Part shown: positions 34,071 through 42,763 of the stretch, piece after piece
Layout: every line of letters starts with the position of its first letter
Numbering within the stretch: position 1 is the first letter of the stretch
DNA from: a virus
Lineage: Duplodnaviria > Caudoviricetes
IMG/VR virus record: IMGVR_UViG_3300032291_000616
Span: 1 to 55,601 of that record
Reading direction: 5' to 3' (one strand)
Length of the DNA stretch: 55,601 bases
The notes under the pieces: generated by a model
Seen by the model: the letters and a program-made list of their open reading frames with translations, nothing else
What the model was told of the DNA's origin: nothing
Database searches by the model: none
Translations under genes and position numbers: made by a program

Positions 34071-36902
34071 TCACTTTCCTTTCTTCAGGTATGAGGTCAA
34101 CGCCTTGGTCTTGGGCGGAATCTTATTCACGGGAGCCGAACGCTTGTGTGCGCGGATGTTTTCGCGGAACTTGTCAAGAGCCTGCGCTCCTGCTTTCGTT
34201 GACCCGTTGCCAATCTGTGCCACGGTTTCAGCATCGATGACGTACTCGCCATCGGCCAGCATCGCAGGGATGTCGTCGGACTGACCATCGCCGGGGCCAT
34301 GCACTGCGGAGCCTTTGCGGAAGTCCAAGCGACCTTCAGCCAGAGGCACATCAGAGATCGCTGGCAAGCCGCCGCGCTTCATTTGCTGGGGCATTTGCTG
34401 ACCAGCCTGCACGGGCATTTGAGGCTTAGGCATCTGGGGCATCATGCCACCAAGACCACCGGCCTGCTGGCCTTGCTGGGTAGGTTGTGGGTTCTTCAAG
34501 TTTTGCAGGGGATCAATCGGCTTGCCGAATGTGAAGTAGGTATCCACCGAGCCGCCGTCAGCCATTTGAGGCTGGGCCGCTTCAGCAGGAGCCTGCTCTT
34601 CTTCGTAGCCATAGTCACCCTCGCGCACTGGGTTGAAGCCCGGTGCATTCAAGTTGCGATACAACTCATCGCCATACAGTTCAGGCATTTGATCGCGTGC
34701 GCTGTACTCGTTGTAAGTTACGAAGCGAGGAGCGCCAATGCCGAAGTCGGTGGTGCGTGGGTTGATTACGCCAGCCTTGCTCATGTCAATCGATGGCGCA
34801 GGTTCATTGCTACCACCAAACAAGTTCTGATCACTCAAGAGTGTGCCCACCAAAGCGCCAGCGGCACCAGCACCAAGCGTTGGGTTCTCTTTGAACCAGT
34901 TTGCAAGACCAGACAAGGCACCTTGTTCTTTTTGCTGTTGGAGGCGCTGTTGCGCGGTCTGCGCTGGGGTGGTAGGTTTGCGGTATGTAGAGCCGCCACC
35001 ACCACCAGCGCCGGTAATCGAGGTGTCAGTTGCTTCGGTCGAACTGATCACATTGCCTTCAGAGTCAAAAGTGATTGTTGAACCGTCATCGTAGGTGTAA
35101 GTCTGACGACCAGACTCATCCGGGGCGTTGGTGTAACTCACCACGTCACCGTTTGCGTTGTAGGTCAGTGTTGAACCGTCGTCATAGGTGACCGTCTGAT
35201 TGCCACCTTCTTCGGACTGCCCAGTTTGGTACAGGTTGCCGTCGGAGTCGTAGGTCACATACGAGCCATCACTCATGTACTCGATGTACGAGCCATCGTC
35301 GAAGATTTCGGTGTCGACAATATCAGAGCCACCCTGATAAGAATTACCCAACAGGCTTGTGTCTGGTGCGCCGTAGCCGAAAGGACGAACACCAGACAAA
35401 TCGTTGTAGGTGTTGCCGACTGGGTTGCGATTGCCGGTCAGCGTGTAGCCAGTCATGGTTGGTTCGTCAAACTCACCGAAGTTGTAGTCGACGTTCTGCC
35501 AGTCTTGGACTTCTTCGCCGGTGTCGGAGTACCCGCCATCCACAAAGCGGCGAACACCGCCACCATTTGCCATCAGTGTCACAAGACCTCCCTTTTTCTC
35601 CTCGGGGTATTCCCAGTCATCGTAGACAGGCTCATCCTCGTAGGTGTATTCATCTTCGGCGTACCAGTCATCAGGAAGCGTGGTCTCACTGTCATCGTAC
35701 GCATAGTCGCCCTCAGCGTACGGGTCATAGACCACATTGCCATCCCAGTCGTACTGGTAGCCATATTCATCGGTGTAGACATAGTCGGAATGGTCTTCCT
35801 CGTCCACATATTCATCAGTGTAATCGCCGCCAGCAGAATAAACTAGATCGCCATTCGAGTCGTAGATGTTGCCATCCTCGTCTTCGTAATAACCAAGTTC
35901 AGTTTCGCCGGAATCTTCGTACCCTGTATCTGCCGCATCTGACGAAGAAAGGATGTTGCCATCCGAATCCAGCGTGATGGTGGAGCCGTCATCGTAGGTG
36001 TAGGTTACAGAGCCGTCATCATTGATCAGGCCACCAAAATCGTCGTAATCGGAGCCTTCTGTATTGCCCTCATCTACGACGCTCTCGTCAACCGCATCTG
36101 TTGAAGAGATGACATTTCCATCAGCATCCATGGTGACAGTTGACCCATCATCGTAGGTATAGGTCACAGAGCCGTCTTCATTGACCTTACCGCCAAATGC
36201 GTCGGTTCCTGTGTCGCTGTCTGAGCCTGTTGTTGATCCACCGGTACCGCCTGTACCACCAGTGCCACCAGTGCCACCAGTAGGAGTTTTAGGCGTCACA
36301 GGGGGCTTAGGCGTCACCGGAGGCTTTGGTGTTACGGGCGGCTTAGGCGCTACAGGAGGCTTGGGTGTGACTGGAGGTTTTGGCGTCACTGGAGCCTTGG
36401 GTTTGATTGCCCCGGTCACAGCATTGACGGCTTTATCCACCAGCGGATCAACCACCTTACCTTTGACTGCATTGATCGCTTTATCCACGGCGGCGGAGCC
36501 GGTGGTGCCCTTGCCGCCAGTTGCGGTATTTGCACCAAACAACTTGTCGTAAGCCATCTTGCCTGCCATGCCAACACCTGCGCCCAAGGCGGCGTTTTTG
36601 AGGGTGTTACCTAGACCAGACGTCGAAGCCGCGCTTGCGGTGCGCGTAATCGATGGACGAGTGGTTCCAGAGACCTTTGTGGTCAACGAGTTGGGTGTGC
36701 CAGCATTGATACCCGGCGTGGCCGTAGAAGAGCCTGTCGTGGTGGCCGTGGAGTTTGGCTTGAGAGCGCTCGTCAAAACGGCAGAAGGCCGGGATGCGGT
36801 CTTCTGCACAGCCTTCATCTTGTCACTTGGACGGCCTGCCGTCTGCTGGGGCGTTGCCCCGGGCAAGGTTGCAGATGAACTTCTCTTGTTCAGAATTGCC
36901 AT
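34071..36902 (-). CDS. Large repetitive acidic virion-associated protein
   Basis: 943 aa; PKPPVT and TGG repeats, TYDDGST.T.D.DGN repeats, C-terminal GPGDGQSDDIPAMLADGEYV domain. Confidence 0.7.
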   Translation of the reverse strand: MAILNKRSSSATLPGATPQQTAGRPSDKMKAVQKTASRPSAVLTSALKPNSTATTTGSSTATPGINAGTPNSLTTKVSGTTRPSITRTASAASTSGLGNTLKNAALGAGVGMAGKMAYDKLFGANTATGGKGTTGSAAVDKAINAVKGKVVDPLVDKAVNAVTGAIKPKAPVTPKPPVTPKPPVAPKPPVTPKPPVTPKPPVTPKTPTGGTGGTGGTGGTGGSTTGSDSDTGTDAFGGKVNEDGSVTYTYDDGSTVTMDADGNVISSTDAVDESVVDEGNTEGSDYDDFGGLINDDGSVTYTYDDGSTITLDSDGNILSSSDAADTGYEDSGETELGYYEDEDGNIYDSNGDLVYSAGGDYTDEYVDEEDHSDYVYTDEYGYQYDWDGNVVYDPYAEGDYAYDDSETTLPDDWYAEDEYTYEDEPVYDDWEYPEEKKGGLVTLMANGGGVRRFVDGGYSDTGEEVQDWQNVDYNFGEFDEPTMTGYTLTGNRNPVGNTYNDLSGVRPFGYGAPDTSLLGNSYQGGSDIVDTEIFDDGSYIEYMSDGSYVTYDSDGNLYQTGQSEEGGNQTVTYDDGSTLTYNANGDVVSYTNAPDESGRQTYTYDDGSTITFDSEGNVISSTEATDTSITGAGGGGGSTYRKPTTPAQTAQQRLQQQKEQGALSGLANWFKENPTLGAGAAGALVGTLLSDQNLFGGSNEPAPSIDMSKAGVINPRTTDFGIGAPRFVTYNEYSARDQMPELYGDELYRNLNAPGFNPVREGDYGYEEEQAPAEAAQPQMADGGSVDTYFTFGKPIDPLQNLKNPQPTQQGQQAGGLGGMMPQMPKPQMPVQAGQQMPQQMKRGGLPAISDVPLAEGRLDFRKGSAVHGPGDGQSDDIPAMLADGEYVIDAETVAQIGNGSTKAGAQALDKFRENIRAHKRSAPVNKIPPKTKALTSYLKKGK
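36240..36402 (-). repeat. Coding tandem repeats (PKPPVT about 6 copies; TGG about 5 copies)
   Basis: 18-nt and 9-nt periodicity with diversified synonymous codons. Confidence 0.85.
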
Positions 36903-36906
36903 GGTC

Positions 36907-38607
36907 TTATCCTTTGCTCTTCAACAGCGATGTCAGACCGGCGATATTTGTCACTGGGGTCAAAGTTGCGACATCTTTTTTCTTCGGAGGCATTGGTTTG
37001 CCTTGTTGCGCTGGGCGCGGTGTTGCAGACTGCGTTGGCCGTGCCGCCGCCAATTGAGTGGGCGACATACGAGCCGGTGGCTTTGTGGCAACGCGGGTCT
37101 GCGCTGGCCTCTTGGCAACCTGACGTGTCGGCGTGCCGCGCAGTGTTTTGGTGATACCTTGACGAATTGCAGGCTTGAGAATCTGGTTCAATGCACCAGA
37201 GATCACGGACTGACCACCGCCTGTTGGCATGAAGCCAGCGGCCAAGCCACCAAGGGTTGGAGCCTTCATGCCGATACCGGGCTTCTCGCCAGCAACGTCA
37301 ACCACAGTATCTTCAGTTTGAGGCTTGAGCATAGACTCGCTGGCCTGCTCAAGCACATCAGGCTCAACAGGTGCAGTCATGGCAGTCAAGCCGCCTCTTG
37401 GCTGAATCTGCTCTTGCACTGTGGGCGTCTCTTGGTATGTCTGCATCTCTTCAAGAGCAGGCACTTTTGCGCCAAGTTCTGCGGCGTAATCTTCCTCTTT
37501 GGGAGACGAAATTTCTTGCGCGTAGACAGGTTCAGCCGAGTCTTGATCGGCGGTAATTGGAGTTGGCAACTCCTCGCCGTATTCAGTTGCAATATCAGAG
37601 ACGTCCTCTGAAGGCGCAATCATTTCTGCTTCGGTCTCAAGGTACTCAGTTGGCGACTCATAGCCAGCCATTTGAGTATCGAGAGAATCAGCAGACATCG
37701 CCTCTTCAATCATCGGGTCTTCATTGACGTTTGGCGACTCGTAGCCAAGGTCAGAGACCTCAACCATGTCGACGATCTCATCGGGAATACCTGCGCCGGT
37801 GCCCCTTACGCCAGAAGTCTCAGCCCAAGAGTCATCGAGTTCTGTCAAGAGGGTTGCACGAGCCTCCTCGTTGCCTTCCTCAGATTGAACGATCTCAAAT
37901 TCAGTTGTTGCGGTTGCATTGAATTGTTCGCTGATCGAACTGACGGCGTAGTTTGCGCCAAGGTTCGCAGTACCGTTGATCATGCTGTTGGTGAACGCAG
38001 TGTCAAAGTCACCGCGACCGGTCAACTCAGCGGTGACACCAGAGGTCAAAGCCTTCTCAGCAATGGTGCCGAACTGACCCATGTCAGGCAGGTCGGTCAA
38101 AACTTCTTCGCTGACAAAATCGCTGATCTCGCCAACGCCAGCACCAACCACGGTGCCCGTGAAGCCACCAGCAAAGCCATCCTCAAAGTCGCCGCCCCGA
38201 ACCTCAGAGACGACGCCGTTGACGAGACCCTTGCTGATGCCGTCAACCACCACGTTGGACACAGCCTCGTTGATGATTGCGTCACCAATCGATGCGGACA
38301 GGGTTGAACTGATTGCGTTGGTGGCCGCAGGCGCAAAGTACGCAGTGCCAGCGGACAGCACGATGTCTTCAAGATCACCACCACGAGCGGCAGTGATGGC
38401 GGCGTTGGTCACCATGGGTGGGATACCCACAAACGAACCAGCGACAGAAAGCAAAACAGGAAGCGGATCGTCGATCACCGCCTGCACTACATCGCCAACA
38501 AATTCGACAGCCTCGCCGACAAAATCACCAACGGCTTCTACAACATCACCGACGGCGTCAACAACGCTCTCGACCGCGTCGACAACAAATTCAACAACTG
38601 CACTCAT
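36907..38607 (-). CDS. Putative ejection protein with amphipathic N-terminal repeat and Gly-rich hydrophobic helices
   Basis: 566 aa; VVEFVVDAVESVVDAVGDVVEAVGDFVGEAV; repeated (R)GGD(L/F)ED; acidic middle, basic tail. Confidence 0.65.
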   Translation of the reverse strand: MSAVVEFVVDAVESVVDAVGDVVEAVGDFVGEAVEFVGDVVQAVIDDPLPVLLSVAGSFVGIPPMVTNAAITAARGGDLEDIVLSAGTAYFAPAATNAISSTLSASIGDAIINEAVSNVVVDGISKGLVNGVVSEVRGGDFEDGFAGGFTGTVVGAGVGEISDFVSEEVLTDLPDMGQFGTIAEKALTSGVTAELTGRGDFDTAFTNSMINGTANLGANYAVSSISEQFNATATTEFEIVQSEEGNEEARATLLTELDDSWAETSGVRGTGAGIPDEIVDMVEVSDLGYESPNVNEDPMIEEAMSADSLDTQMAGYESPTEYLETEAEMIAPSEDVSDIATEYGEELPTPITADQDSAEPVYAQEISSPKEEDYAAELGAKVPALEEMQTYQETPTVQEQIQPRGGLTAMTAPVEPDVLEQASESMLKPQTEDTVVDVAGEKPGIGMKAPTLGGLAAGFMPTGGGQSVISGALNQILKPAIRQGITKTLRGTPTRQVAKRPAQTRVATKPPARMSPTQLAAARPTQSATPRPAQQGKPMPPKKKDVATLTPVTNIAGLTSLLKSKG

Positions 38608-39050
38608 TTTTTGGCCTCACGTTTTGGGCCGAGTTTCAAGGTGACACGGTAGCCATCCTTGAGTTTCTCAGCCTTGTATCCCATGCCCTCTTGCGGCGGG
38701 TTGCGCGAGATGGCCTTGAAGATGTTGATGATGGTCGGGTCTTGGAACGTCGTCACCATGGTGTCGAAGCCCATCTTGTATGCGGCTTGCACCCACTCGT
38801 ACGAGTTCTCGAGGTAGTTCCTCGCGGTGTCCGCATTCAGCGCCCGAAAGAATCCGATGCGCTCACGAACGTGGTGCATCACGAAAATGGTATTTCCGGC
38901 GCGGTAGGTACTCGTGCCGGGTTGGTTCATCTCTTCGACAAGAGCGGCAAAAATACTGGCCGCAGGATGAGGAGACTTGGTCTCCTGTGCCGCGATCATC
39001 AAGACCGCCTCATCTTTCAGTTCTTTTTTCTTGCTATCGACCAGCATCAC
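38604..39050 (-). CDS. Hypothetical alpha/beta protein, possibly a divergent GNAT-fold acyltransferase
   Basis: 148 aa coupled to the ketosynthase stop; helix-helix-strands-helix-(GF)-strand pattern; fold assignment is inference. Confidence 0.45.
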   Translation of the reverse strand: MMLVDSKKKELKDEAVLMIAAQETKSPHPAASIFAALVEEMNQPGTSTYRAGNTIFVMHHVRERIGFFRALNADTARNYLENSYEWVQAAYKMGFDTMVTTFQDPTIINIFKAISRNPPQEGMGYKAEKLKDGYRVTLKLGPKREAKK

Positions 39051-40162
39051 AGCCCCTCAAAAATTGCGGCGGAGTAAATGTTTCCCATCCCTGCCGCCAG
39101 ACTCAGGATGTGGCCCTTGGGGGGCGTGACAGATTCCGAAAGGAATACCGAATCGGATTCAGTTCGGTTCTCGATTCCCGGGACGAATCCCTTCTTGATG
39201 TCGTCCAGCAATAGTAGCGTCTCGAGGAGGCCGCTGGAACCCATTGTGTGGCCGATTTTCTGCTTGTAGGAGGTCACGACGACGTCTTTCAAGCCAGACC
39301 CAAGGATGGCGGCTTTCTCCGCCTTGTTGTTCGATACTGTGCCCGTGCCGTGGGCCTTGACGATGCCGATGTCGTGGCGCAAGGTCTTGCTGTGGAAGCA
39401 GGCACCGCCGATAGCCCGGGAAAAGCCCTCGCCGTCCTCGCACTGGCCGATGGCGTTGGTGCTGTTCTCGGAGGCGTTGTAGGCACCCACCAAGCGGGCG
39501 TGTGGGGTGCGCTGAAAGCGCTTGACCAGTCGCTCGTTCTCAAAGACCGCCAGCGCGGCCCCCTGACCCACGTAGAAGCCGCGATTCTTGCTGTCGAAGG
39601 CCGAAGGCTTGACACCGTTCTCGGCTTCGTCCTTGGCCGTCAAAACGGCTTGCGACTCGCCAAAGAACTCCAGCACGGCGTTGGACACACCGTCTTCGAC
39701 CGTCAGGACGATCACGCGGTCAAAGTCGTAGTGCTTCATCAGCACCTCGACATCCATCATCACCTTCAGACTGCTGGCGCAGGCAGAGGCGTCGGTGGTG
39801 ACCATGCCCATCTCGCCGAAGGACTGAGCCGTGCGACCGGCGTAAACCTGTGTCAGCGTGAACGGCAGGAACTTGTAGGTGTACGACAGGCGCGAGTTGT
39901 AGGAGCGTTGTCCGATGCCTGCAAAGTGGGCGTTGCCACCCGCAAGGATGAAGGCAGTCTTGCCGCAGGACTCTTCGCGAAGTTGCTTTGCCAACTCAGG
40001 GTCAAGAACCTTCTCGGCCAACTTGTGAGGGACGTAAAACATCCCGGTCTGGGTGCGCTTGTAGGTCTCAGGGAACCAGTGAACACGCTGTGGGAAAACG
40101 ATGTCGTCGAACAATTCAACATGATTGGTCGAGGCTGTGCGGTAGTGCGTCAGGTAGATCAT
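39047..40162 (-). CDS. Beta-ketoacyl-ACP synthase (FabB/FabF-like, divergent)
   Basis: SACASS (Cys128), AFD..NRGF.VG.GA, AHGTGT..N (His271), SYK..IGHTMG.SG (Lys300, His305). Confidence 0.92.
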   Translation of the reverse strand: MIYLTHYRTASTNHVELFDDIVFPQRVHWFPETYKRTQTGMFYVPHKLAEKVLDPELAKQLREESCGKTAFILAGGNAHFAGIGQRSYNSRLSYTYKFLPFTLTQVYAGRTAQSFGEMGMVTTDASACASSLKVMMDVEVLMKHYDFDRVIVLTVEDGVSNAVLEFFGESQAVLTAKDEAENGVKPSAFDSKNRGFYVGQGAALAVFENERLVKRFQRTPHARLVGAYNASENSTNAIGQCEDGEGFSRAIGGACFHSKTLRHDIGIVKAHGTGTVSNNKAEKAAILGSGLKDVVVTSYKQKIGHTMGSSGLLETLLLLDDIKKGFVPGIENRTESDSVFLSESVTPPKGHILSLAAGMGNIYSAAIFEGL

Positions 40163-40443
40163 GCGATCTCCTTTTGTGCCTCTTCGACCGATGCAGGCTC
40201 CTTGGTTTTGCGCCGCATCAAAAAGTCGTAGACCTCCTGAACGGAGGTCGGGTGGAAATCCTTGGTCTCATCGTCGTCAGGTATGCCGTACAACTCTGTG
40301 AGGTACATGAGCATGATGAGTCCATCAAGACTATCGATGCCGATGTCTTGCAAGGTGTCTTCCATTGAAGTTGCCGCTATCTCGTTTGCGTGGGCTGGTC
40401 GCGCCACTTTCGAGACCATGTTGAATAGTTCTATGAAGTCCAT
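40159..40443 (-). CDS. Acyl carrier protein
   Basis: 94 aa acidic; L.DIGIDSLD (Ser38 phosphopantetheine site), E.YGI, T(S)V.EV.DF. Confidence 0.88.
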   Translation of the reverse strand: MDFIELFNMVSKVARPAHANEIAATSMEDTLQDIGIDSLDGLIMLMYLTELYGIPDDDETKDFHPTSVQEVYDFLMRRKTKEPASVEEAQKEIA

Positions 40444-40445
40444 TT

Positions 40446-40694
40446 TTATTCTGATGGGTTATTGACAGCGTTGACCAATGCCACGGCCCACTCCTGCCAG
40501 TTTGTAAATGGATCAGGCCCGGGGACTCCGTCGCGATCAAACGACGAGATGCCTTTCAGTCCACGCGCCCACGCTTTCCAGTCTTGTTCACCTCCCGGTA
40601 TTGAAAGTTGTTGCGCCGCATATGCCTCGCACATAAGACACGCCCACGAGTCCCATGTGTGATAACGAGGGTCATATACGACAGGAATCGTCAT
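40446..40694 (-). CDS. Trp-rich small tail-region protein
   Basis: YDPR..TW..WA, W..WA.GL, P.P..F..WQEWA; ATGA overlap with the tail gene. Confidence 0.75.
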   Translation of the reverse strand: MTIPVVYDPRYHTWDSWACLMCEAYAAQQLSIPGGEQDWKAWARGLKGISSFDRDGVPGPDPFTNWQEWAVALVNAVNNPSE

Positions 40695-42763
40695 GACGAA
40701 TAACCTCTGACGTCGCCCGCATCTGCATTGACCAGCACGCGACCCATTTCGTAGTTGCCACCAGAGACGTTGCTGGTGAATCTCAAACGAAGTTCTCGGC
40801 GCTGTTCACGCATATCAATTTTGCCTGTTCCCGGCTCAAAATAGTAGGGGTCAGAAATCTTGTCCTGCTCCTGAGCGTATGGGCGTCCAATAATCTGCAT
40901 TGACATTGTCCCGGACTGAACGAAGTCAGGTTCAATGCGCTCGATGTGGAGCCAGAAATTCTCGCCCACAGGCGCAGTCTGAGATGGGCCACCACCGACC
41001 CAGCCAAGGTCAGACGTCTCGAACATCGATTCGATGGCGTTCGACAACTCATAGATGACGGCGTCGGTGCCCACCTCGTGTTGCCAAATCACGATCTTTC
41101 CGGGCACGGTGTAGAAGGTGGCAGTCACTGTGGCGCTGGCCGTGGCCGCATTCGACAGGGTCACTGTGAAATAGTTGGGCGTCGCGCTGGGCACAATATC
41201 CGTCACCAAAGTGTCTGTCGGGATGCCAGCCGCAACCACCAGTTGGCCGTTCTGGATCAAGTTCGTCAGTGGAACCTCGATGTCGAAACTGCCATTGGTT
41301 GTCGTGATCGACGAAGAGAAGATGGTCTCTTGCGTGCTGAGTTCAGAACCAGCATTGATCGGGAAGCGGAACACCTGCGAGAAATACCCGGCAGTGCGGT
41401 TGCATCCATCAGCAAAACCGCCGTCGTACCAGCAGTTCTCGCGCACGTTGTAGATGATGCAGTTGTTGCACTCTTCCGAATCACCCTCGGGGTAGAACCA
41501 CCAAATCTCGCCGAATCGAGGAACCTTGGTTGCCCAGACCTTCTGACGCTGAACGTAGTTCAGGTTGTCAAAGAAGTAGTTCTGGTTGAAGGCGTTTGGA
41601 ATCTCTTTGACCACACCGTTGTAGAGCAGGAAGCGATCCACGCCGATCCAGTAGTAGATGCCGTCGTACTCGATCACAGACTGGCTCGACAAGATCGAGG
41701 ACTGGCTCGAGATGATGTCGTAGCGCCAGTAGAAGGTCTGGGGCGTGCCGCCCACCGTGATGGTGGTTGGGGCATAGGAGACTCGGATCAGCGAGTCCAA
41801 AGCCCAGAACAGGCCGGAAGGAGAGTTCGTGCCACCACGAACTGGAAGCCCCTTGACGATCTTGGTGGACGACACGTTGGTTTCGTTGGCGTCAGCGCCG
41901 TTCCAATCGAACGGATCGCCAGCCACGTTGTTCTTGATCAGCCCGTTGTCACCGTACACGAAGATGTATGGGTGAAGCACCACCACGCCGCCAGACACCT
42001 CAATGGTGTCGCCGGTAGGGGTTGAGCCGCCTGTGTCCTTCAAAGGTGCCAGCACGAGGCCGTTAAGCGGCCCGCCAAGCACAGCGGTGTTTACAGTGCT
42101 GTCGATCTGGGAAAGGTTGTGACCGGGGTGGGCCACAAGGAAGTTTGCGCCAGCGCCTTGCGAATCGAAAAGCGAATCGAATTGCCAGAGGTGGTCGGTG
42201 CTTGGTGTGAACAAGTCATCCGACGTTGCCACCGGCACAGACCAGCCAGAGCCAGTTCCGCCGATCGATGTATTGGCGCAGGTAAGCGAATCACCGGGCA
42301 CATAGTAGTTGCCAGCGTCCGTGATGGTCACGGTGGACACTACCCCGCCAGAAACGACGATGGTGGCCTTTGCGCCTGCGCCGTAGCCTCCAGTGAGGGC
42401 CACGTTGGTGTAGGTGCCGTTGGTGTAGCCAGTACCCGGCACGATGGTGCCCAAGGTCAGGATTTCACCACCAAACACCATTTCGTTGGTGCCTGAGCCG
42501 ATGCCGTTGTTGTCGATGTCGATGACCTCAATTCCGTCATCGTAGCCGTTGAAAATCTTGTTGATGCCGTCTTCTGAGTTGACGTAGATGCCACGAGACA
42601 GGCCATCAGCATTCGTGACGATGGCGCGGTATCCGCCGATCTTGCGGGGGCGTCCGCGCTGGAACCGCACCCACTTGCCGTCGGTGTAGAAGTTCTTGTC
42701 GAAGTACGTCCCGTCCCGTTGAATGCCGGGTTGGGTGTCAATCGAAAAAACCTTCTGCGTCAT
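40691..42763 (-). CDS. Tail tube/nozzle protein (P22 gp10 / T7 gp12-like)
   Basis: 690 aa beta-rich; PGI.RDGT, WVRFQRGRP.KIGG, FGEIWWFYP, YN..EN.W. Confidence 0.75.
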   Translation of the reverse strand: MTQKVFSIDTQPGIQRDGTYFDKNFYTDGKWVRFQRGRPRKIGGYRAIVTNADGLSRGIYVNSEDGINKIFNGYDDGIEVIDIDNNGIGSGTNEMVFGGEILTLGTIVPGTGYTNGTYTNVALTGGYGAGAKATIVVSGGVVSTVTITDAGNYYVPGDSLTCANTSIGGTGSGWSVPVATSDDLFTPSTDHLWQFDSLFDSQGAGANFLVAHPGHNLSQIDSTVNTAVLGGPLNGLVLAPLKDTGGSTPTGDTIEVSGGVVVLHPYIFVYGDNGLIKNNVAGDPFDWNGADANETNVSSTKIVKGLPVRGGTNSPSGLFWALDSLIRVSYAPTTITVGGTPQTFYWRYDIISSQSSILSSQSVIEYDGIYYWIGVDRFLLYNGVVKEIPNAFNQNYFFDNLNYVQRQKVWATKVPRFGEIWWFYPEGDSEECNNCIIYNVRENCWYDGGFADGCNRTAGYFSQVFRFPINAGSELSTQETIFSSSITTTNGSFDIEVPLTNLIQNGQLVVAAGIPTDTLVTDIVPSATPNYFTVTLSNAATASATVTATFYTVPGKIVIWQHEVGTDAVIYELSNAIESMFETSDLGWVGGGPSQTAPVGENFWLHIERIEPDFVQSGTMSMQIIGRPYAQEQDKISDPYYFEPGTGKIDMREQRRELRLRFTSNVSGGNYEMGRVLVNADAGDVRGYSS

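Noticed and set aside
36240-36402. CRISPR-like or VNTR array
   Set aside because: Repeats are in-frame peptide repeats with varied synonymous codons and no spacers
39146-39170. ACCGAATCGGA iteron-like sequence in the ketosynthase gene
   Set aside because: Single imperfect copy within coding sequence; likely chance
39047-40443. Host chromosomal fab operon or chimeric assembly
   Set aside because: The genes overlap phage genes, share their strand and codon style, are highly divergent, and lack fabG/fabD/fabH neighbours
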